NCBI RefSeq assembly: GCF_000018105.1
Contig: NC_009925.1
Span: 3,990,001 to 4,022,000 of the forward strand
Source: Acaryochloris marina MBIC11017
GTDB lineage: Bacteria; Cyanobacteriota; Cyanobacteriia; Thermosynechococcales; Thermosynechococcaceae
Length of the DNA: 32,000 bases
Direction of reading: 5' to 3'
Shown here: piece after piece, positions 17,194 through 26,763 of the stretch
Numbering within the stretch: the stretch's first letter is position 1
How the letters are laid out: the number at the start of each line of letters is the position of its first letter
The notes under the pieces: model-generated
What the model was told of the DNA's origin: nothing
The model's database searches: none
Seen by the model: the letters and a program-made list of their open reading frames with translations, nothing else
Translations under genes and position numbers: made by a program

Positions 17194-18831
17194 ATGGTGA
17201 ACGCGATCGCAACTCGATTCCAGCTCCATAAGCGCTCTCGCCAGTGGATTGGACTATTTTGTTTGGTCGTATTTCTGGTACTGAGCTGTAGCCCCCGGCC
17301 GTCTGGCTTGCCTAACAGTGCAGGAGAAGGTCGAATTACCCTAGGTAGCACCGCCAAAATTCGGACCATTGATCCGGCGGATGCTTATGAACTCTTTCCT
17401 GCGACATTGCTCTACAACATGGGGGAAACCCTTTATACCTATGATTTAGACAACACCACCCTGCAGCCACAGTTGGCTACTGCATTACCAACGGTCAGTG
17501 AGGATGGCCTGACCTATACCATTCCCCTGCGGCAAGGTGTGGTCTTTCATGATCAGACGCCTTTTAATGCAGAAGCCATGGCTTTTTCCTTGCGGCGGTT
17601 TATGGAAAATGGTGGACAACCCTCGTTCTTGTTGGCTGAACCAATTGCCGATGTCAAAGCGACTGGGGATTATGAGCTGCAAATTACCCTCAATCAGCCT
17701 TTTGCGGCCTTACCTGCCCTACTCACTTTTTTCGGGGCTTGTGCGGTTTCGCCGCAAGCCTACACGATTGGCCCCGGTGAATTTAAGCCCAAAAGCTTTG
17801 TGGGCACTGGACCTTATAAGTTGGTGGACTACCGTAGCGACAATATCCGCTTGGACGTCTTCGAACAATATTGGGGGGATAAACCAGCGAACCCAGGCGT
17901 TACGCTACAGTTTTTTTCAACGCCTGCGAACCTCTATAACCAGTTCAAAATAGGGTCGATTGACGTTGGCTATCAAGGGCTAGAAACAGACCAAATTCAA
18001 CAGTTACAAGCAGAGGCATCCTCGGCTGAGTGGCAAGTGATTGAGGCTAAAGGGAATGCCGTCACCCATATGGTCTTAAACCTAAAGCAGAAGCCGTTAG
18101 ATCAGGTGTCAGTTCGACGAGCCCTTGCCTTACTAGTGGATCGACCTCTGATCACGGAGCGGGTCTATGAAGGGCAAGCAGAACCGCTCTATAGTCTGAT
18201 TCCCGGTACGTTCGAGACGGCTCGGCCTGTGTTTCAAAGCAAGTATGGTGATGGGGATGCGGCTCAAGCCCGTCAACTGCTGACGGCTGCGGGTTATTCC
18301 GCTCAAAACCCTTTAACCTTAGACCTGTGGTATCCATCTAATTATGTGGCTCGGCGTTTGACGGCTAACCTGATGAAAGCCATTGTTCAAGAACGGTCCC
18401 AAGGAATTCTCAAGCTGAAGTTAGAAGGGGTGGAATCTACCGTTGGTAATAACAGCTTGTCTAAAGGGATTTATCCCGCTTATTTAGTCAATTGGTATCC
18501 AGACTTTTTCGATCCAGATACCTATATTCAACCGTTTCTGTCTTGTGGCAAAGGAACTGAGAAGAATGGCTGTGAAGACGGTGCGAGTCGCTCCCTCGGG
18601 TCTTTTTACTACAACAGCAAGGTTAATCAGTTAATTGAACAACAGCGCCAAACGCAAGATGCTCAAGAACGCCAAACTTTGTTGACCCAGATTCAGGAGA
18701 TTTTGGCCGAAGATATCCCTTATATTCCCCTGGTTCAACGGAAAGAATATGCCTTTAGTGGCAAAGGGATTGCTGGGGTCCAGATTACTAAAACCCAGCA
18801 GTTCCCCTTGTGGACCATTCGCAAGTCTTAG
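17194..18831 (+). CDS. ABC transporter substrate-binding lipoprotein, family 5 (peptide/nickel type)
   Basis: Lipobox VLSC after a hydrophobic signal. The length and motifs (RITLGSTAKIRTIDPADAY, YTIPLRQGVVFHD, PYKLVDY) are typical of the DppA/OppA/NikA family. The track start TTG 17179 is less likely than ATG 17194. Confidence 0.85.
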   Translation: MVNAIATRFQLHKRSRQWIGLFCLVVFLVLSCSPRPSGLPNSAGEGRITLGSTAKIRTIDPADAYELFPATLLYNMGETLYTYDLDNTTLQPQLATALPTVSEDGLTYTIPLRQGVVFHDQTPFNAEAMAFSLRRFMENGGQPSFLLAEPIADVKATGDYELQITLNQPFAALPALLTFFGACAVSPQAYTIGPGEFKPKSFVGTGPYKLVDYRSDNIRLDVFEQYWGDKPANPGVTLQFFSTPANLYNQFKIGSIDVGYQGLETDQIQQLQAEASSAEWQVIEAKGNAVTHMVLNLKQKPLDQVSVRRALALLVDRPLITERVYEGQAEPLYSLIPGTFETARPVFQSKYGDGDAAQARQLLTAAGYSAQNPLTLDLWYPSNYVARRLTANLMKAIVQERSQGILKLKLEGVESTVGNNSLSKGIYPAYLVNWYPDFFDPDTYIQPFLSCGKGTEKNGCEDGASRSLGSFYYNSKVNQLIEQQRQTQDAQERQTLLTQIQEILAEDIPYIPLVQRKEYAFSGKGIAGVQITKTQQFPLWTIRKS

Positions 18832-18878
18832 GGCTGTGCTGTGGGGACGTTCTTTGATGGAGAGGTTTTAGGCAGGTC

Positions 18879-19181
18879 TTAGTACAGGCCTTCTTCTTGA
18901 TCGGTGGCAATGATGCAGTCTGACAAGGCGTAAGTCACACACAGCAAGGCGTAGCCTTCTCCAATTTGGTCATCGTCTAAAAAAGATTGATCGGCTTGAT
19001 CAATGTTGCCTTTTATCACTTTTCCTGCACAGGAGGAACAAGCCCCTGCTCGACAGGAAAAAGGGAGATCGAGATCGTTATCTTCAGCAACATCCAGAAT
19101 ATATTCGTCATCTGGAACTTCAATGGTTTCTTCAAGCCCCTTTTCCTGATTGACTAAAGTGACTTTGAAGTAGGTGGTCAT
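18879..19181 (-). CDS. Plant-type [2Fe-2S] ferredoxin (PetF-like)
   Basis: [30 protein letters not shown]...[14 protein letters not shown]...LLC gives the CX4CX2CX29C cluster pattern. ATG 19181 is preceded by AGGAG. The paralogue assignment is unknown. Confidence 0.9.
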   Translation of the reverse strand: MTTYFKVTLVNQEKGLEETIEVPDDEYILDVAEDNDLDLPFSCRAGACSSCAGKVIKGNIDQADQSFLDDDQIGEGYALLCVTYALSDCIIATDQEEGLY

Positions 19182-19238
19182 TATAAAGCTCCTAATCAAA
19201 AACAGCGGAATGGTGTGAAAAGCGGAAGCCTATCTCTC

Positions 19239-20018
19239 TTAGGCGCTGGGTAATGTCGGTGGTAAAACCGTTAGAGCAACTAAACAGACATAAGCCACCG
19301 TGAAATAAGTTTCAAAACGAGCAATATGCTCAAAACGACATTGGGTATACCAGTCTCGCTGCCAGATGACGACTGCAAATTTCAGCAGAGCGACGGTAAA
19401 GGTCAGGGCGGTGAGGGGCAGTAGCCATTCGCTGTAGAACAATCCCAGGGTGATCAGAATGGCAATACTTAAGAAGATGAAGCTGGGTTTGAGATTGCTG
19501 GTTTTGGTCTTACGGAGTTTGATGGTAAAAATAGCGCTGGCATAAAATAATGTATTCAATATCCATAGACCCCAGGCTTGCGGGGTTAAGGTGCCAGCGG
19601 TTGCCCCATAGGTTAGCAATGTGGATAGACAAATGGCGGCAAACATCACCAACTCATTGGCGATGGATTTCTGCTGATGGTTCAGCACTGCGATCGCATC
19701 CAAGATCAAAGCAATTGCACCGCAGAGATATAGCCATATCAAGATGGGGCTTTGCCGAGCCAAATAGAGCGCTACTAAAAGACTAGAACCCCCATAAATA
19801 CTGGCCCAAACTAAATATCTGGGTTTCCAGCTACGTCGTTGTTTGAGTTGGACAATGAGTGGATGTTCAGCTTGGAGGGCACAACCGGCGCAAACACAAG
19901 CCCAGGTTGTGTCGTGGGTCCAGGACTGGGCTAACGCAGCACCAGAGAGTAATGATCCGAATAGGACTAGCAAAGCACCATGTTCTGGAGCAAAAGTGGG
20001 GCGATACCAAGCATGCAT
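19239..20018 (-). CDS. YwiC-like family integral membrane protein
   Basis: The N-terminal WYRPTFAPEHGALLVLFGSLLSG resembles the YwiC-like family start. About 8 hydrophobic segments. Confidence 0.55.
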   Translation of the reverse strand: MHAWYRPTFAPEHGALLVLFGSLLSGAALAQSWTHDTTWACVCAGCALQAEHPLIVQLKQRRSWKPRYLVWASIYGGSSLLVALYLARQSPILIWLYLCGAIALILDAIAVLNHQQKSIANELVMFAAICLSTLLTYGATAGTLTPQAWGLWILNTLFYASAIFTIKLRKTKTSNLKPSFIFLSIAILITLGLFYSEWLLPLTALTFTVALLKFAVVIWQRDWYTQCRFEHIARFETYFTVAYVCLVALTVLPPTLPSA

Positions 20019-20399
20019 GGGGGATAAAAGCTAAAAAACAAACGAATAAACCGCACAGTTTGAGGGAATGGGTGACTCGTCAATGTGGGGTCACAAAAAA
20101 ACAAAGGGAGTCAGGATCTATGACCCCCCTTGTCTGCGCGGCTCAAGTGAATCAGGTTTCATGACCAGCTAAGTTGTCTAATCAAAGGACTAGTCAACCT
20201 AACTTGTTTTAGAAGAGTTTGGAACCTATCAGATCCAACAATACTGTAGTATTAATTGAGAATATATGTCAATTGAAAATTTGCTATTTGCGATTTAGAT
20301 AGTGTTCAGCTGGACTCATTCTCTGTCGCAGGACCCGCTCACTTGTATGTTTTCTGGAGTTTCATCCTAGTGTTTGCAAGGAATGTAGGTGTCCCAGAT

Positions 20400-20606
20400 T
20401 TAGTAGGAAGAAGCTGGTTTTTGGGTTTCATGGGGGGATAAAGCCTGAAAAGGCTCCCCGGCAAATCGATGACTATTGCTGACCCGAACATATGCGATCG
20501 CAAATGTGCCGAGAAAAGCGATCCAAATTCCCACACCCAACATGACATACTTATGCATTGCCCGAGTTGTTAGGCGAGGGGTAGGTGTCTTAATCTGAGT
20601 TTGCAT
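20400..20606 (-). CDS. Small single-pass membrane protein (68 aa from ATG 20606)
   Basis: It follows the upstream gene by 25 nt on the same strand. One TM segment (YVMLGVGIWIAFLGTFAIAYV). The track start TTG 20621 is less likely. Confidence 0.4.
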   Translation of the reverse strand: MQTQIKTPTPRLTTRAMHKYVMLGVGIWIAFLGTFAIAYVRVSNSHRFAGEPFQALSPHETQKPASSY

Positions 20607-20630
20607 GGTGTCGAACCTCAAAGATGATGA

Positions 20631-21086
20631 TTAATGGGGCATGAGGGGTAAATACGGAAATATCGGGTGCCAATTCATCACGGTGGCCGCCACTAGAAAA
20701 AAGATCAGACCTCCATATAGGCTGCTGGCATGAATATTGCGTTTTTTCCAGAACTGATGCAATAACACCCAGCTCAACAGCCAGCCCATGAGCATAATGG
20801 TTTCTTTGCCCGAATAGCTGCCAATTTCGCCATAGACTTGGTCAGAGGTACGGCTGCCTGGAATCCAGTCCCCTAAGGACCAAACAATGGCATTCCAGCT
20901 CTTAAACACAACGGTTAAATGTTGATTCACCATTAGTAAAAAGCAGCTAAAGGCAGCGCTGAGCAGCGCTGCAGCGGCGGGGCCAGATACCGTTGGGGCA
21001 CCTGGTGCTCCGGTGGCAATGGATTGGGGGAATTGCTTGAGCCAATTCCCCAATCTGAGATAGATCGGTTGTGACATGGATTTCAT
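20631..21086 (-). CDS. Uncharacterised membrane protein, 151 aa, about 3 TM segments
   Basis: ATG start 19 nt downstream of the preceding gene. Hydrophobic segments LLSAAFSCFLLMV, IMLMGWLLSWVLL and GGLIFFLVAATVM. No recognisable motif. Confidence 0.6.
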   Translation of the reverse strand: MKSMSQPIYLRLGNWLKQFPQSIATGAPGAPTVSGPAAAALLSAAFSCFLLMVNQHLTVVFKSWNAIVWSLGDWIPGSRTSDQVYGEIGSYSGKETIMLMGWLLSWVLLHQFWKKRNIHASSLYGGLIFFLVAATVMNWHPIFPYLPLMPH

Positions 21087-21104
21087 CGGTTAATGGTGGT
21101 TGGA

Positions 21105-21803
21105 CTACAAACTATGAATACGGGCAACATTCAGCCCACTGACAAACCCACCCATGGCAAAGAACATCATGGCCATCATGGCGATGCAGGTGGCTGATAG
21201 AACGACACGATGCTGGCGATCCATAATTTGATCGCCATATCGCCATAACACCCAAGTCGAAGCGACACCTAGGGGCAGGGTAAACAGCACCGTAAATTCG
21301 TGATACTCCATAAATAAGTAATGAACTAACGGTGTATTCTCTAAAATCCAGCGGCGCGCGCCTCCTATAGGTGCTCGATACCGCATATAAGCCCAATTCC
21401 CAGATGCTATCGCCAAAAACGCAATAAATGAGGCCCATAAGATCACGGTGCGAACCTGTGACAAGATGCGATGAGACCCTCGCAATAAGGGAAAGGCTAA
21501 ATGCCCTGCATAGGCAATCACAACGGTTGCTAAGAGGGCAGCAACGCCATGAATTGCTCCCATCGACCGTTGCCAAGGACTTGGACTCAACAGATTGACG
21601 ACAGGTAAAAAGAGAAACAAGCCTGCCGATAGTAGTCCTAAGGCATAAACGCAGATGGTGGCAATATCTTTGGTTTTCGGAAAGGTGACAGATTCTACAT
21701 CAATCGGTTGTTGCATACAGAAATCGCCTTTAAATAAAATTTCTCCTAATAGAGAATTTGCAGTGCCCAGTGGATTCCCGGTCCAGAACGCTAATTCCTC
21801 CAT
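21105..21803 (-). CDS. Uncharacterised membrane protein, 232 aa (203 aa from ATG 21716), about 5 TM segments, His-rich loops and TM ends
   Basis: Five clear hydrophobic segments. Histidines sit at TM boundaries (AIHGVAALL, YAGHLAF, LVHYLFMEYHEF). First gene of a three-gene same-strand cluster. Confidence 0.65.
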   Translation of the reverse strand: MEELAFWTGNPLGTANSLLGEILFKGDFCMQQPIDVESVTFPKTKDIATICVYALGLLSAGLFLFLPVVNLLSPSPWQRSMGAIHGVAALLATVVIAYAGHLAFPLLRGSHRILSQVRTVILWASFIAFLAIASGNWAYMRYRAPIGGARRWILENTPLVHYLFMEYHEFTVLFTLPLGVASTWVLWRYGDQIMDRQHRVVLSATCIAMMAMMFFAMGGFVSGLNVARIHSL

Positions 21804-22073
21804 GAGGCAAGCATTCTCGTGAAATCCTATTGATCTTTTGTGGATAGAGCTTGATTCACTCTAATGCCGCCTCTTTAAGAACCCTCAAAGAAAGCAGGAT
21901 CGTGAATGTTTTGCTCACAAGATACTTTATCAATAACCGACATTTATATTGAGAAAGAATTTCAATAATTGTTGCGGTATTGGGAATGACCTCCCATCCC
22001 AGCACAAACTAGGCCCAACCGTTCCCTCAAAAAGAGGTCTTTGGCAAGGTAGGGCCAAGTCAAATAATGATGG

Positions 22074-22111
22074 ACACCCTATGCCTGGTAACTGGACCAG
22101 ATATAGGGTGT
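22074..22111 (-). terminator. Possible terminator hairpin after scpA
   Basis: ACACCCTAT (22074-22082) pairs with ATAGGGTGT (22103-22111) around a 20-nt loop. The flanks are T/A-rich. Weak. Confidence 0.3.
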
Positions 22112-22136
22112 GGTGTCTTTTTAAAAAAGGCTGAGT

Positions 22137-22892
22137 TTATGATGCTGCGGACTTTAGATTGGGCAGGAGTTCTACAGTGGCAGGCTCAGGGGTGAGGGGC
22201 TTTAACCTTAAATCTACATAGAATTCGTTTTGCTCTAGCTCCACTTTGGATTGAGCACAGAGTAATAACAGGGCCCAGAAGACCCCAACCCGGTCATTCA
22301 TAAAGGACAGTAACTCTTCAAAGTCAAGCCAGTCTTGATTTGGGTCTAAGCGGGCAAAAATTTCTTCTAGCTGCTCGGCGACTTCGGACAGATTTTCTTG
22401 GTGGGCGAGTTGCGAAATCGCTTTCATTGATTTGGCTTTTGACATGCGCCGCACTTTGCGGACTTTGGGACGCTGAGCTTGGCGCTCTACCGCCACCGCC
22501 ATCAGTTCTAGTTGATTAATTAACTCTGTCAGCGTCACCCGTCGTCGTTGAGGAGGGCGGGCCACCGGACGACGTTGTAGGCACCCTTCTAGAGGGGAGG
22601 GTAAGCCGTTAGATACGGCTTCAATATCATCAAATAGCAGCAGCTCCATTTCATCGGGCTCTTCTGGTTCTTCAATCAAATCGCCTAACGTTTCGGCCTT
22701 GAGGAGAACGAGCATGGAGGCATAGAGAAAAGCCTGGCCTGAGTCCGACAGTTCCTGGGAGTCTTGATAGGATAAATGGCTTAAAAACCGGTCAAAGACA
22801 TCGATGACTTGAACATCCCATGGATCGATTTCACCCCGTTGGGCTAAGTCGATCAACATGGAAATGGCATTGTGGGCAAAGGAACTGCTCAT
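22137..22892 (-). CDS. scpA: Segregation and condensation protein A
   Basis: IDLAQRGEIDPWDVQVIDVFDRFL at the N-terminus, an acidic middle region, and a C-terminal winged-helix-like VGVFWALLLLCAQSKVELEQ. Confidence 0.85.
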   Translation of the reverse strand: MSSSFAHNAISMLIDLAQRGEIDPWDVQVIDVFDRFLSHLSYQDSQELSDSGQAFLYASMLVLLKAETLGDLIEEPEEPDEMELLLFDDIEAVSNGLPSPLEGCLQRRPVARPPQRRRVTLTELINQLELMAVAVERQAQRPKVRKVRRMSKAKSMKAISQLAHQENLSEVAEQLEEIFARLDPNQDWLDFEELLSFMNDRVGVFWALLLLCAQSKVELEQNEFYVDLRLKPLTPEPATVELLPNLKSAAS

Positions 22893-22898
22893 AGCGGC

Positions 22899-23345
22899 TT
22901 AGTCTGGAACAAGCTCAGACGGTGGAGGGGTAAGGATGGCTGAGTCGCCCTCGGTCCGAGGAACAACGGTTTTGGTGGTAGGTTCCGACAAGGTAGCTAC
23001 AGAGACGGCATCGCTGGTGACCGTGGCTTGACTGGGCAGAAGTAAGCGTTGTTCTTCGAGTTCAGCTTTGTAGCGTTCGATATCGGTTTGTAAGGATTCA
23101 ATTTCAATCTCTCGTGCTTGCAAGGCTTCTCGAGTAACGAATAACTCTTGAACAGTGGTCCATACGCTAAAGACCCAGGCTAGGACAGCGCCAATCCCTA
23201 GGGTAATAATCAATTCAATGGACAAGGGAGCCGTTAACTCGACACCATTCACGACTTTGATGCTGACTAGCTGTGTATTCTCAATGGCAAACAAAACAAC
23301 AGCCAGACAAATCACGAAAATCAGAGTAAAGTTGACCTGCCGCAT
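22899..23345 (-). CDS. LapA/DUF1049-type membrane protein with a C-terminal coiled coil
   Basis: MRQVNFTLIFVICLAVVLFAIENTQLVSIK plus a second TM segment gives the typical DUF1049 topology. Its stop is 6 nt before the scpA start, so the two are probably co-transcribed. Confidence 0.6.
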   Translation of the reverse strand: MRQVNFTLIFVICLAVVLFAIENTQLVSIKVVNGVELTAPLSIELIITLGIGAVLAWVFSVWTTVQELFVTREALQAREIEIESLQTDIERYKAELEEQRLLLPSQATVTSDAVSVATLSEPTTKTVVPRTEGDSAILTPPPSELVPD

Positions 23346-23584
23346 TCGATAACTCCCAAGGTGATATAACTCTGCAATTCTAGCGAGACTAAGCTTTTGA
23401 GGGATTGAGATTTGGCTTGAGAAAGGACAAATTTTGAATATTTTTTCAAAGCTTAGCAGGTCTAGCGAGATTTAGGCAGTTTCCTTTAGAGGAATATTAA
23501 ATTTGAGGCTTGTTAGGATAACAGTACTGTTTCTGTTCCCTGACAAATTTATTCTGTCCCCGCTGGGGGACCTATCATTTCCCC

Positions 23585-24364
23585 ATGCTACCCAAGGCAA
23601 AATTATTAAACGGTGTAGAACATACAGACTGTATGTCTCGCCTTCTCGACCAGGCCACTCAAGCGTTGAAAACCTGGGAGGTGGTGGTCTCTGCTTTCCT
23701 GTCGCCGCCAGAGCTAGCGGAAGCCCAACAGATGTTTGCCCCGCTGACGGAAGTCTCGATTTTGGCTTGGGGCGGCTATCCTCAGGCGGAACGGCAGCGG
23801 ATTGCGATCGCACATTCTGATCTTCCCCTCGATCAATCTCAAGTAGAACTTGCTGCCCTCAGCATTTCCGGGAATTTTCTCTTTGATCCAGCCAGCCACC
23901 GTGACTTCTTAGGAGCCCTTCTGGGAACCGGGATTGTGCGTGATCAGGTGGGGGATATTTTGGTCTTGGGTGAACGAGGCGCTCAAGCAATCGCATCTCC
24001 GCAACTCGTCCCTTTTCTCCAAACTCATCTGACTCAGGTGCGAACGGTGCCGGTGCAAGTGGAACCTATTCCCTTTGAGCAATTGAAAGTAAGAGAGCCT
24101 CGCTGTAAGGAGATGACGACGGTAGAAGCCTCCATGCGCCTTGATGCGGTAGCCTCCGCTGGCTTTGGCCTATCGCGGAGCAAAATGGTTAACTTAATCA
24201 ATACTGGAGATGTCCGGGTTAACTGGAAGGAAATTTCCCAATCCAGCTATGGCCTCAAAACGGGAGATTTAGTGACGATCCGGGGCAAAGGGCGTTTGGA
24301 ATTGGGTGAGGTGCAAATCACCAAAAAAGAGCGCTATCGGATTCAGCTCAAGCGGTTTAGCTAA
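23585..24364 (+). CDS. Photosystem II S4 domain protein (YlmH-like RNA-binding protein)
   Basis: N-terminal MLPKAKLLNGVEH...LDQATQALKTWEVVVSAFLSPPELAEA and a C-terminal S4 motif (RLDAVASAGFGLSRSKMVNLINTGDVRVNW). Confidence 0.8.
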   Translation: MLPKAKLLNGVEHTDCMSRLLDQATQALKTWEVVVSAFLSPPELAEAQQMFAPLTEVSILAWGGYPQAERQRIAIAHSDLPLDQSQVELAALSISGNFLFDPASHRDFLGALLGTGIVRDQVGDILVLGERGAQAIASPQLVPFLQTHLTQVRTVPVQVEPIPFEQLKVREPRCKEMTTVEASMRLDAVASAGFGLSRSKMVNLINTGDVRVNWKEISQSSYGLKTGDLVTIRGKGRLELGEVQITKKERYRIQLKRFS

Positions 24365-24368
24365 ACCT

Positions 24369-26036
24369 TTAAGACTCTAAGGGAATCTGCTGCCAGGTTT
24401 CTTGCTTGACCACTGTATGAGCTTGCCACTGCTCTTGCGATTTGGGATAGTCGGCTCGATAATGTCCGCCTCGGCTTTCGGTGCGGAAGTGAGCACTTTT
24501 GAGGATTAAGTAACCAATATCCAGCAAGTTCTGAGTTTCTGCCCAAGCGCGCACGGGGATATCGGGGTTAACTGTAACCGTTTGCCCTGGCGCGATGCTG
24601 CTGAGTTGCTGGGACAAGGGAGAGCTGAGGAAGGCTTGTCGCCACTGATGCACCCGTGCGATCCCACGCTGAATCTGATCGCCGGAGCGGGAAATTCCAG
24701 CGCTATTCCACAGCACTTCAGGGAGCTGAGTCCGAATTTCAGCCAACATGGCTTCGTCCTGTGGCTCAATCGTGAGATCGTCACTGGCTAAGGTTTCCGT
24801 TGAGGTGATATCTGCTGTCGGGATAGACGATAAATCAAGATGGGCAAACTCAGCCGCAAACACCAAACATTCTAAAAGAGAGTTACTCGCCAACCGGTTA
24901 GCCCCATGAACGCCCGTGCTAGCCACTTCTCCAACTGCATAGAGTCCTGGAATAGAGGTTTGACTTTGTAAATCGGTCTGTATTCCCCCCATCCAGTAGT
25001 GAGCTGCTGGCGAAACTGGAATGGGCTGCTGATAAACATCAACCCCCCATTTCTGGCAAACCTGAATAATTTTGGGAAACCGCCGCTGGATTTGCTCAGG
25101 GGCAATGGGTCTTAAATCCAGCCATACCTGATGGGTCTGGGACTCAGACGCCTGCAAATGGGTAAAAATAGACCGACTAACCACATCCCTAGGTGCTAGT
25201 TCCCCCTGGGGATGATAGTCAAACATAAATCGGTGACCAGAGGCGTCTAATAAGTGGGCGCCTTCACCCCGTACCGCTTCACTGATTAGAAATCGGGGTG
25301 CACCCGGCAGCGTTAAAGCCGTGGGATGAAATTGGAAAAACTCTAAATCTCGGAGCTGGGCTCCTGCCCGCCACCCCATTGCGACTCCATCCCCTGTACT
25401 TAAGGCTGGATTGGTAGTTTGGGAAAAGACTTGACCGCCGCCTCCCGTGGCCAAAATAACAGCCGCCGCAGACACCCAAGAAATCTGGCCTGCCGACAGT
25501 ATGCAGATGCCTTGGCAACGTCCTGTTTGAGAATGTCGCCACAGCTCTAGGGTGAAGGTATCTGCCAACACTTCAATATTCGAACGCTGCCACATTTGGG
25601 CCGTCAGGGTTTTGATTAAGGCTCTTCCCGTTGTATCAGCGGCATGGAGAACACGAGGACGAGAATGCGCCGCTTCTAAAGTCGCAGCTAATTGCTGATC
25701 TTGGCGACGATCGAAGGCAATTCCCATTTCCAACAATGCATCTACCTGTTGGGGGGCCTGCTGTACTAGAAAATTAACGGCCCTCGGTTCACATAGGCCT
25801 ACGCCTGCATTCACCGTATCTTGGGCATGGAGTTTTGGGGAGTCACCTTTATCAAAGGCAGCTGCAATACCACCCTGGGCCCAATCGCTAGCAGAACGGG
25901 ACAAACTATCTTTGGTAATCAGGCCTACCCTAATGTGTGAGGGGAGCGACAAGGCGGTATACAGCCCTGCAGCACCGCCCCCGACAACGAGGACATCAAA
26001 GTGGGAAGACCCTTGAGTATGGAGATCTTGTGACAA
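24369..26036 (-). CDS. nadB: L-aspartate oxidase
   Basis: FAD motif DVLVVGGGAAGLYTAL, the conserved blocks FHPTAL...ISEAVRGEGA and GLYAVGEVASTGVHGANRLASNSLLE, and C-terminal ESRGGHYR. TTG start at 26036, with no in-frame ATG near the N-terminus. Confidence 0.92.
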   Translation of the reverse strand: MSQDLHTQGSSHFDVLVVGGGAAGLYTALSLPSHIRVGLITKDSLSRSASDWAQGGIAAAFDKGDSPKLHAQDTVNAGVGLCEPRAVNFLVQQAPQQVDALLEMGIAFDRRQDQQLAATLEAAHSRPRVLHAADTTGRALIKTLTAQMWQRSNIEVLADTFTLELWRHSQTGRCQGICILSAGQISWVSAAAVILATGGGGQVFSQTTNPALSTGDGVAMGWRAGAQLRDLEFFQFHPTALTLPGAPRFLISEAVRGEGAHLLDASGHRFMFDYHPQGELAPRDVVSRSIFTHLQASESQTHQVWLDLRPIAPEQIQRRFPKIIQVCQKWGVDVYQQPIPVSPAAHYWMGGIQTDLQSQTSIPGLYAVGEVASTGVHGANRLASNSLLECLVFAAEFAHLDLSSIPTADITSTETLASDDLTIEPQDEAMLAEIRTQLPEVLWNSAGISRSGDQIQRGIARVHQWRQAFLSSPLSQQLSSIAPGQTVTVNPDIPVRAWAETQNLLDIGYLILKSAHFRTESRGGHYRADYPKSQEQWQAHTVVKQETWQQIPLES

Positions 26037-26189
26037 GGTTCAAGAAAAATTGCTGTAATGCAGCATAAAAAATACTCCCCACCTGAAAGCAGTGGTCAAA
26101 TGAACGACTGCGTAGGCAGAGAGTGCAATTGTACAAACTGATGGAATAGAAGTTCGGCCACGTCCTAAACCATCAGTACATAAAGATAA

Positions 26190-26624
26190 TTACTTCATGA
26201 AAGGCTTGTAAGAACCTGGGTTATAACGATCTTGACCACCGACCAAAGAAGGATCAGGATCAGAAATTGTAAAGTTACCCATGTTGTCTTGTAGAACTTT
26301 CTTTTGCTGGTCGGTTAAACCATCAATTTGTAAAACGTCTTCAACACTGCTGTATGGGGCATTCTGCACGACTTTACCCGCAACAGTGGGATAAAGGCCC
26401 TTGTATTTCATAAATGCAAGGACATTAGTGTTATTGACATCGATCTTCTGACCAAAATCTGTTCCCAGCTTTTCGTCAATTGGGTTACGGTAGGTGTCTG
26501 CCAGCACGATGGTGGGGCCAGACTGCAAATTAAGGGCATTTACAGGTTGAGACCAACCAAAGAAGCTGAGGCATGTTGCCAGAGCGAGACCAATCAAACC
26601 AAAACGACGGACAAACGAATGCAT
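26190..26624 (-). CDS. psbU: Photosystem II 12 kDa extrinsic protein
   Basis: Signal peptide, then NPIDEKLGTDFGQKIDVNNTNVLAFMKYKGLYPTVAGKVVQNAPYSSVEDVLQIDGLTDQQK. Confidence 0.9.
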   Translation of the reverse strand: MHSFVRRFGLIGLALATCLSFFGWSQPVNALNLQSGPTIVLADTYRNPIDEKLGTDFGQKIDVNNTNVLAFMKYKGLYPTVAGKVVQNAPYSSVEDVLQIDGLTDQQKKVLQDNMGNFTISDPDPSLVGGQDRYNPGSYKPFMK

Positions 26625-26763
26625 TTCCTTAAGTACCTCCCTGTCTCAGAGATTTCAACACAGCTCTTAGTAGAGCCTATCATCAACTACAGACTCCAAC
26701 CCACAAAAAAACTTTTTTAGGGTATAGTTTTCTGAAATTTATATTTTCAATACACCAATATTA

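Noticed and set aside
16761-17369. 202-aa ORF on the minus strand
   Set aside because: It lies antisense to the pentapeptide-repeat gene and the start of the ABC-binding-protein gene. Its Ser/Arg/Leu/Ala-rich repetitive translation is the expected mirror of a pentapeptide repeat. It has no independent signals.
19859-20164. 101-aa + strand ORF spanning the YwiC-like gene start and its upstream region
   Set aside because: It is mostly antisense to the YwiC-like gene, is basic and low-complexity, and has no RBS or motif.
21112-21576. 154-aa alternative-frame ORF on the minus strand
   Set aside because: It is fully embedded in the 232-aa membrane-protein ORF. That ORF has coherent TM segments, whereas the alternative frame is Cys/Arg/Ser-rich and implausible.
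23472-23820. Overlapping 105-aa (+) and 113-aa (-) ORFs around the start of the PSII S4 gene
   Set aside because: They overlap the strongly supported S4-domain gene in other frames or on the other strand, and their Pro/Arg/Gly/Ser-rich translations show no motifs.
24361-24372. Only 4 nt between the convergent stop codons of the PSII S4 gene and nadB, with no terminator
   Set aside because: Tight convergent ends are common in compact genomes. With no hairpin or other signal there is nothing specific to report beyond possible 3' transcript overlap.
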